From contig OZ024742.1 in assembly GCA_964016885.1 (NCBI GenBank), forward strand, positions 325,686,001 through 325,750,000: a stretch of DNA of 64,000 nt, given 5' to 3'. Shown here piece by piece: positions 55,864-64,000 of the stretch; within the stretch, counting starts at the first letter, position 1; every line of letters begins with the position of its first letter. The notes under the pieces were generated by a model that was given only the letters and a program-made list of their open reading frames with translations, searched no databases and was not told where the DNA came from. The stretch comes from Eledone cirrhosa. Taxonomy: Eukaryota. The position numbers and the translations under genes were made by a program.

Positions 55864-56541
55864 AGAATGTTTTCGAAACAGCGAGGGGGTTTGAAATTAT
55901 TAGAAATGTAAGCTATCGCCGTATTTTGACTAAAGAAATTTAAGAAATTATTTAGCCTTTTAGTGGGATTAAGAACCCTCGGAGAAATGGAAAAAGATGA
56001 GTATTGACGTACATGGGAGTCGAGCCCACATCTTTGGTTATCCGAACCACTGTGCTACCATTTACACCAAAACATCACCTGTCCCTTTCCATTAAAATTA
56101 TAAACTTAGCGACTGTAATGACAAGTAAGAATATTGTGGTCCGGATAACCAAAGATGTGGGTTCGCCTCCCATGTACGTCAATACTCATCTTTTTCTGTT
56201 TCTCCGAGGGTTCTTAACCCCACTATCAGGCTAAATAATTTCTTTAATTTCTTTAGTCAAAATACGGCGATAGCTTACATTTCTAATAAATTTAAACCCA
56301 CTCGCTGTTTCGAAAATATTCTTACTTGACATTACAGTCGCTAAGTTTATAGCTTTTAATTTGAATGGAAAAAGACGGGTGATGTGTTGCTGTAAATGGT
56401 AGCACAGTGGCTCGGATTACCAAAGATGTGGGTTCGACTCCCATGTACGTCAATACTCATCTTTTTCCATTTCTCCGAGGGTTCTTAACCCCACTATCAG
56501 GCTAAATAATTTCTTTAATATCTTTAGTCAAAATACGGCGA
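55862..56541. repeat. ~271-bp tRNA-containing unit: one inverted monomer plus ~1.5 tandem monomers, between (TA)n tracts
   Basis: 55862-56134 is the reverse complement of the unit; gtggt/gtggc...accaaagatgtgggttcg recurs at ~56135 and ~56407. Confidence 0.9.
56380..56452 (+). pseudogene. tRNA-like sequence (also ~56005-56077 on - strand and partial at 56135-56181)
   Basis: D-arm ...gtaaatggtagcac, T-arm gtgggTTCGACTcccat, weak acceptor gatgtgt/gtacgtc-a; non-canonical anticodon loop. Confidence 0.7.
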
Positions 56542-56615
56542 TATATATATATATGTAAATATGAATATTTTTATTTGTATATATATATATATATATATAT
56601 ATTTGTGTGTATGCG

Positions 56616-56659
<44 letters not shown>

Positions 56660-57307
56660 CATACATATATATACTGTTTTTACGGCATAATCAGGTTTTT
56701 TAAATCATAGAAATGGATATGCTGTGCTTAGCTATATTTTTCTCAACGCAATCTCGTTTATTATAAACGTATAAATTTATCAAATAGAAAAGAAATTGGA
56801 CAAGGAGAATATTTCGATGGAGAAGTTACAGAACTTGTTATGATAGATGCAAGACCGTATGTGTATAATAAGATTGTATGAATCAGACATTTAAAAAATA
56901 ACAGAAATATTATGTGTGTGCTTGTTTGCATGTGTCTTTTCAAATATATCTAAATTTATGATTATGCATCTAGTATTGTGAGTGTATTGGTATTCGTGTG
57001 TGAGCTGTGTAAAGTGTGTAGTAAAGATATATACTTTATGGAGACATTTTGATTCATGACTTACCAAGAATTTTCCTATCAGTTTTTCGTGTTACATTCT
57101 CTATTGCTGGTGTGTAGTTAGCTGTAACTAATCATTACTTTGTGAAAATAATTTGTTTTGCGTACATATATATATCATATAAACTTTAGTGGGTATTGCA
57201 ATGTGTAGATATGTTTCCATACGTATATTTCTATAAACCTATATTCGTTTCATATGTAGTTTGTGTCTGGCTGCGCGTGTTTCTTTTTCCTTTGATGGTG
57301 GTTAATT

Positions 57308-57309
57308 AT

Positions 57310-57356
<47 letters not shown>

Positions 57357-57395
57357 CATATATATATACATAAATATATATATATATATACATAC

Positions 57396-57440
<45 letters not shown>

Positions 57441-57519
57441 CATATATATAAATATATATATATATATACATACATATATATATATATACATACAAATATA
57501 TATATATATATATACATAC

Positions 57520-57592
<73 letters not shown>

Positions 57593-57615
57593 CATACATA
57601 TATATATATATACAT

Positions 57616-57656
<41 letters not shown>

Positions 57657-57659
57657 CAA

Positions 57660-57734
<75 letters not shown>

Positions 57735-57777
57735 CATATATATACATATATATATATATATACATACATATATATAC

Positions 57778-57832
<55 letters not shown>

Positions 57833-57833
57833 C

Positions 57834-57874
<41 letters not shown>

Positions 57875-57937
57875 CATATATATACATATATATATATATA
57901 TACATACATATATATACATATATGTATATATACATAC

Positions 57938-57986
<49 letters not shown>

Positions 57987-57990
57987 TATT
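57308..57990. repeat. Long imperfect (TA)n/(TACA)n tract
   Basis: Direct reading. Confidence 0.97.
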
Positions 57991-58526
57991 ATATTCATAT
58001 AGTGAAAACTTGGACGGGAACAAAAACAGAGAGGCAGACAAATAAAGGTTTATTAGGTTCATATATATATATGTATATATATATATAATTATATATATAC
58101 ATATATATATATATATATGTATCTGGTGTGTCTGTATGTATGTGTGTATGTGTGTGCGCCTGTGTGTACGTGTGCTTATATTCACAGACATACACACAAG
58201 CACACACTTGTATATATGAAATGGATAGTATAGTGTCAGTTGAGGAATATTTTTCTCCATTCACGTTATTCATAGTGCAAGAATCTATTTGTATGTATAC
58301 AATTCATGGATTGATTTTCTCTCAAGAAGTTTCGCATCAACGCATTGTTGAAACTCCATACACACACACGCACTCGCACACAGAGACACACATAGACACA
58401 CACACACAGACACACACACATACACACACACGCACGCACACGCACACACACACACACACACGCAGACACACACGCACACACACATGCAAACACACATATA
58501 CACACATACACACACACACACATCAC

Positions 58527-58829
58527 ACACACACTGTTTGGTTGGTTTTCGCTTTTCATAACCAAATAAATAAATATATAAACAGACTAAATAAAGATGG
58601 CGTAGAAAATACAATGTAACGGGAGGAAACAATAGCACCACTGACGATGTTGCAGATGTGCAACGAAAGAACTTTGATAAACTATATATATGTGTTTGCG
58701 TCTATATTGTATCTGTATTATTTTTGACCGCTGGTCAGTCAATGGCAACATTGAGGACCGAATAAATTAGATTACCGATATAAAAGACACAGAAGCGAAA
58801 AGCGAAAACCAACCAAACAGTGAGTGTGT
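58527..58829. mobile_element. Short element with ~30-bp inverted ends and a hammerhead-like relic (probable PLE remnant)
   Basis: cactgtttggttggttttcgcttt / aaagcgaaaaccaaccaaacagtg; CTGACGA-t-gttgca..tgcaac-GAAA at 58641-58668. Confidence 0.55.
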
Positions 58830-58879
58830 TCTGTTATTAATTCTGGCAATATTACACAAATATGACCCTCCCCAAGTAT

Positions 58880-58942
<63 letters not shown>

Positions 58943-60884
58943 CAATACAGTACTATTTCTAATTAATTCCCTATAACCAGTAAGGTTTGCACTATTAACA
59001 CATGAGCATCTTCAGCTGATGTTTCACACACTCTATTTGTATCTTAATACCAAGTGAATATATGTCACCGATGATGTATCAAATTCCAGAAACACCAGTC
59101 TGGCAATCATACCACTAATGAAATAGCTGTGATGTGATGAAAGCTTTCAAACTTATTTAGTATGACTCTCGTACGTTTATTATGTATACATATAACGTAT
59201 GTGCTCTCGTGTATACCCCTGTCGTATGTATATGTTTGAAAAACACACATTAGCCATATACAAAATATCCCATAAAACTCAGTAGGGACAAACAAATGGA
59301 AAATTCCCGCTCATCATCTGTATTGTGGGAATCATAGTAGTAACGAATTCTTCCAAAGAGAGGACTATTCGCCACCAGTGCATCAATAGTATCTAAATAT
59401 AGATATTCGTCATGAAAACACAACAGAAGTTGGACGAAACCAAATGGAAAAAATTGAAAAACAAGACAAAATATCTACATACCGATATGGGACAGGAAAA
59501 TTGTTAAAATCCAAAGGAACACATATATGAGGGTAGGTGACCGTAATATGAATAAGAAAAGTAATTAAATTAATACGGAATTAATATTGATATGCAAGAG
59601 ACGTGGACTGACCGTGTCAATGCTCGAATCACAAAAGTCAGTACAGACGCGAAATATTGCTTTCTAACCTTACCAACATTATGAATGTATGTACAAAATC
59701 AACCCACGCAAGCTCGACCAGATGATGACCAGTACCTTAAGAATTAATAAAACTGTGACATGACAATTGTGGCTGAATATATATGATAATAGATATAGCC
59801 TATTTAATCTAGATTACTGAGTCGAGAGTTACACTTTGAATAATTTTCACGTATTTCGGTCAGAAAACTCAGACGATTGAATAGCTAGTTGATTCTTCTC
59901 ATAACCTGGAACTGAGAAAAATCGGGTGTGACAGGAAGGTTAAATAGTCACAGCAACAATAAGAACTACAAATTGCAATGATGTCAACAACAACAACCCC
60001 AACAACCAGAAATCTCTTAGATATTAAAGTATTGTAAAGCAGGTAATTTTTTTCATAAAATCACTTAACATGATACAAATAGATATACATGTGTTAGTTT
60101 ATATATAAATTTCTTTGATGATGAAATATATCAATAAAAACTTGAATGCACACTTTATCGTTTTCAATATACATAACCATTAGCAAATAATTGTGAGGAT
60201 TAAAAAATATCACAACGTTGAGGAGAATGTGAAATTTGAAATGCAAAACGTCAAATGCATCTATTGGGGAAAAAATTACTGAATCACACACATAAGATTA
60301 AAATACGTATCCGAGTAAAGGAAGACACTGAATAATGTTTAACCCGTTATATGCTACGGAAAAAAAACAGCTGGAGACTGGAAAACACTTGGTAGAATTT
60401 AGATAGTTGCTATTCTATTATAGTCTCCGTAATAATGATTTAAATTGTGAACCTATAGTTATTCGTGTAGCAGGAGTAGGTAATGTGATTTGAAAAGTAT
60501 ACAGCTGCCATTGGTCTTACATAAAGTTATCGTGAAAGGAAGGTTAATGGCTGCCGCTACATGGTTGTGAAAAGGATGCTGATGAAATATGCACGAACTG
60601 TTTAAAAAACAACACAGATATACCATATCTGACTTCCTTTCCCTTGAAAAGAATTACGGTCCAGTTATACGGTATATGAAACAACATTTATTTGAAAATT
60701 CATGTAATTGAATGCAGCCTTAACTCAGCAGCGCTTAGAATTAGATAGAATTTTTTGTACAATGAAAGCTAAAATACAACAGGTGATTTATGCTGCAAGC
60801 ATACATCATGTTATGAATAGAAATATCTTTGTGCTACTCTGTATAGCACATTGGTAAGTGCGATCCATCATAGAAATAAAAGTT

Positions 60885-61060
60885 TCTACATTTGGCACAA
60901 GGCCAGCCATTTGAAGAAGAAGGGAAAGTCGACTAAATTGACCCCAATGCGTTGCTGGTACTTTATTTTATCGACATCGTAAAGATGAAAGGCAATGCTA
61001 AACTCAATGAGATTTGAACTCAGAACGTAAAGATACGTAACTATATGCCGCAAAGAAAGA
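60885..61060 (-). mobile_element. SINE copy
   Basis: Reverse complement reads ctgagttcaaatc...gcctttcatc...gtcgataaaataaagtaccag...ggccttgtgccaaatgtagaaac. Confidence 0.75.
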
Positions 61061-61586
61061 TGTCCCATGTTCTACAAACACTGCCAATTCAGAGCCTTCC
61101 GACACAAAGGAATGTGAGAATTTAGTAATTAAAAATACTTTAAGCACAAATAAACGCCACAACTAAACCACGTATCAGAACTACATGGAGCAGTGTGACT
61201 TCTATGAGTACACAACACATGGACAAGTTAAGGGAGTGCATCGTCTTTTTGTCTTGCATTTGAAAAGAGGGTTACAACCCTGAAATATTATGTTGGCATA
61301 TACTGAGTAAAAAAAAAACCCCAAAATATTACTTTATCTGGTTTTATTTGTCATCTTTTGACTTTTATATACTTCTACCGGTCTTCTGAAAAATGTATCA
61401 ATATTTTATTATTTATCTCTCTTTCTCCCCCTCCCCCTTTCACTTTCTATTTACACACACACACACACATATATATACAGTGAAAGATAGATAAATAGAT
61501 ACATATATATATATATATAATCAAGGTTTAGCAAATAAGAAAAAGTTTCAAAATAAAGCGCCTTGTGCGTGTAGGGTCATATACTT

Positions 61587-61693
<107 letters not shown>

Positions 61694-61734
61694 GAGAGTA
61701 AAACAAAGAATCCTTTAATACATCAAAAGTTTTT

Positions 61735-61779
61735 ATTAGCCGACAATGTTTCGTCCTATTAAGGACTCATCAGGGCAAT
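61735..61779 (-). ncRNA. Type I minimal hammerhead ribozyme with intact core
   Basis: attgcc CTGATGA GTCCT taat AGGAC GAAAC att GTC ggctaat. Confidence 0.88.
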
Positions 61780-62544
61780 CAAAACAACAAGAAGTAATAT
61801 CGGCAGATACAAGCCGGAAGCTCCGAAGAATATGGAGTGTACATACACTAAAGTCTTGCAAAAATATATAATAAAAATAAAAATAAAAATAATAAAAATA
61901 TATAATAAGAATAACTAAGGATGTATATAACATTAAGAACCATATTACAAATATAGTCCAAAGCAACTAACCTAAAGCTAAACAAATGTGGTTATATAGA
62001 GCAGGAATTATATATAACACAATGTAATATAACATAATACATTATAATAATATATATTTACCAACATTAAAATTACAATTAAAATCAAAAGGTACAATAT
62101 ATAGATGTATATATGTGCGCGCACACACACACACACACACATACAACAATACGCACATCTATGTTCAACTACACCAATTAAGCCTTATTAGAAGTTTGAA
62201 TATAAAAATGAGCATGATAAGAGTGAAAATAATACCAATACATCTACCCAATATACATGAGACAATAATATGATATAATTACAAGAGACACATATAATAA
62301 ATAATAAACAATAAAATTATATAATTCAATATAATATAATAGATAATCCCCGGTTAATTTACACAAACAATATAGATGTCACAATAATAATATAATGATA
62401 ATATGTTAACAATGTACTAACATTTACAATAAACAATATATACAAATCGATTCATACTGGGTTACAGAGTAAATGAGGAAAAATAAATTATACAATACTC
62501 AAAAAACACTATGATGGTACAGAAAAAATGATGATGGTACAGAA

Positions 62545-62735
62545 AAAAATATACAGACATTTTACATGATATGTAAAGTCTAAATATCATAATGTTACAT
62601 ATAATGAACAGTAAGTAATAAGGATCAATATTACAATATTACAAAAATACAGACATCTTACATGATATATAAAGTTTAAATATCATAATGTTACATATAA
62701 TGAACAGTAAGTAATAAGGATCAATATTACAATAC
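62545..62735. repeat. ~97-bp direct tandem duplication
   Basis: atacagacat...tacatgatat...taaggatcaatattacaata occurs twice. Confidence 0.9.
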
Positions 62736-63682
62736 AATATAATATAATATATTATATAAAATAAATTGACATAAAATAATATATAAAATAATATATAAAT
62801 ACTTATAATTACAAGGTTAGTAGACAGACATATGTGGATGTGTAAGTAAAGCCAGACAGTGAATAGTAAATAGAGTTTAAAAATATAGAATAAAATAAAT
62901 AAATATAATCAACCGGAAATTACAAAACAAAAACAAATATATACACATTTAGGTCTCAAATGATGATAACAATAAGGTAGAAACTAAGGAAAACAATCAC
63001 TTTAATTGACTCAAAACCCTATTTAATAAATTAATATTAAAAATATTAAAACTATCCAATAAGGTAGTATAATATTAGCTGTAGTTTAAGTCAGTAAAGT
63101 TTATAAACTTTAATGTTTCGTTACAAATGTTTACAAAAAAGAATGACATTTTTTACTATCATATACATAACGATATCTAAAAAACTGACTTAAGTAGAAT
63201 TAAGTTAGGCTAATGGGGACAGAATTGAAGAAATATATGGAGGGTGCAAAGGGGCATAAAATATAGTCGATATACTATAATAAATAATAGAACAGAGCGT
63301 AAAAGAGGGGGGGTTAAATATAATCATAGTCAATCTGGAGGGGTTAACAATAAGTTTATGTGCGCATGGGGGGATGGGGGATGGGAGGGGGGTATCCAAA
63401 GATGAATCTGAATAAAATTAAAATTAAAAATAAAATTAAAAATAAAATTAATAATAAAAATAAAAATAAAGATAATAATAAAATAAAGTAAATGGCGTAA
63501 AGTGTGTAATCTTATATATATTAACAAGGTGTAATAGTGAAAACATAGATATGGTACAGTAGCCAAATGATTATGAGAGCTAGAATGAAGAGTCATCAAA
63601 AACCAATGGTAATAATGATGATAACAATAATGTTGGCAAACAAAAGAACCTAAACTAAAAAATAAGTAATGGAATATATCTG

Positions 63683-63930
63683 CTAATGGGTACAATTTGT
63701 ACTACTAGAACGTTTGGGTTTATAATACAAGTAAGAATTAGAAATGGCGTGGGGGCAAGAAGAGAATATCTCAGACTTTCTATTAAGTAAGGATACGCTA
63801 GAGAAAATTATAGAGTGTGTCTCAAGGATACAGAGATTACAAAACTTAGTATGAGTAGGAAGGTGGTTACAGCGTGCTACTAAACGCCAGTTAAGGCTAT
63901 ATGGTATATAAGCTCCTTAAGATCCCAGAT
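63683..63930 (-). pseudogene. PLE GIY-YIG C-terminus with CxxC (not in the ORF track)
   Basis: Manual translation with one frameshift: IWDLKE/IPYSLNWRLVARC...KFCNLCILETHSII...LLNRKSEIFSSCPH. Confidence 0.75.
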
Positions 63931-64000
63931 ATAAAACTTTTGATGTATTAAAGGATTCTTTGTTTTAATCTTTTAATTTTTTGGCTCTGTTTAACTGCAT

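Noticed and set aside
56004-56452. Functional tRNA genes
   Set aside because: Weak acceptor stem, non-canonical anticodon loop and repeat context.

Overview
Eukaryotic, microsatellite-rich DNA with no recognisable host gene. The SINE core resembles octopus SINEs as I remember them; this is not verified. About 1.75-48.5 kb is two oppositely polarised arrays of non-LTR retrotransposons inserted in (TAA)n/(TTA)n microsatellites. Three families are R4/Dong-like (single ORF, RT plus restriction-like endonuclease; here called A, D and degraded E). Two are Tx1/L1-clade families (ORF1 zinc knuckle, ORF2 APE-RT; here B and C), and there is a SINE. R4/Dong-like copies always end in (TAA)n on their sense strand, whereas Tx1-like copies and the array SINEs always end in (ATT)n, so the two clades use the same repeat in opposite orientations. 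All copies are disrupted. The rest of the window is (TA)n-rich DNA with Penelope-like element (PLE) remnants, hammerhead ribozyme motifs and short tandem-plus-inverted repeat units, one of them tRNA-derived. Coordinates were read by eye and may be off by a few bases.
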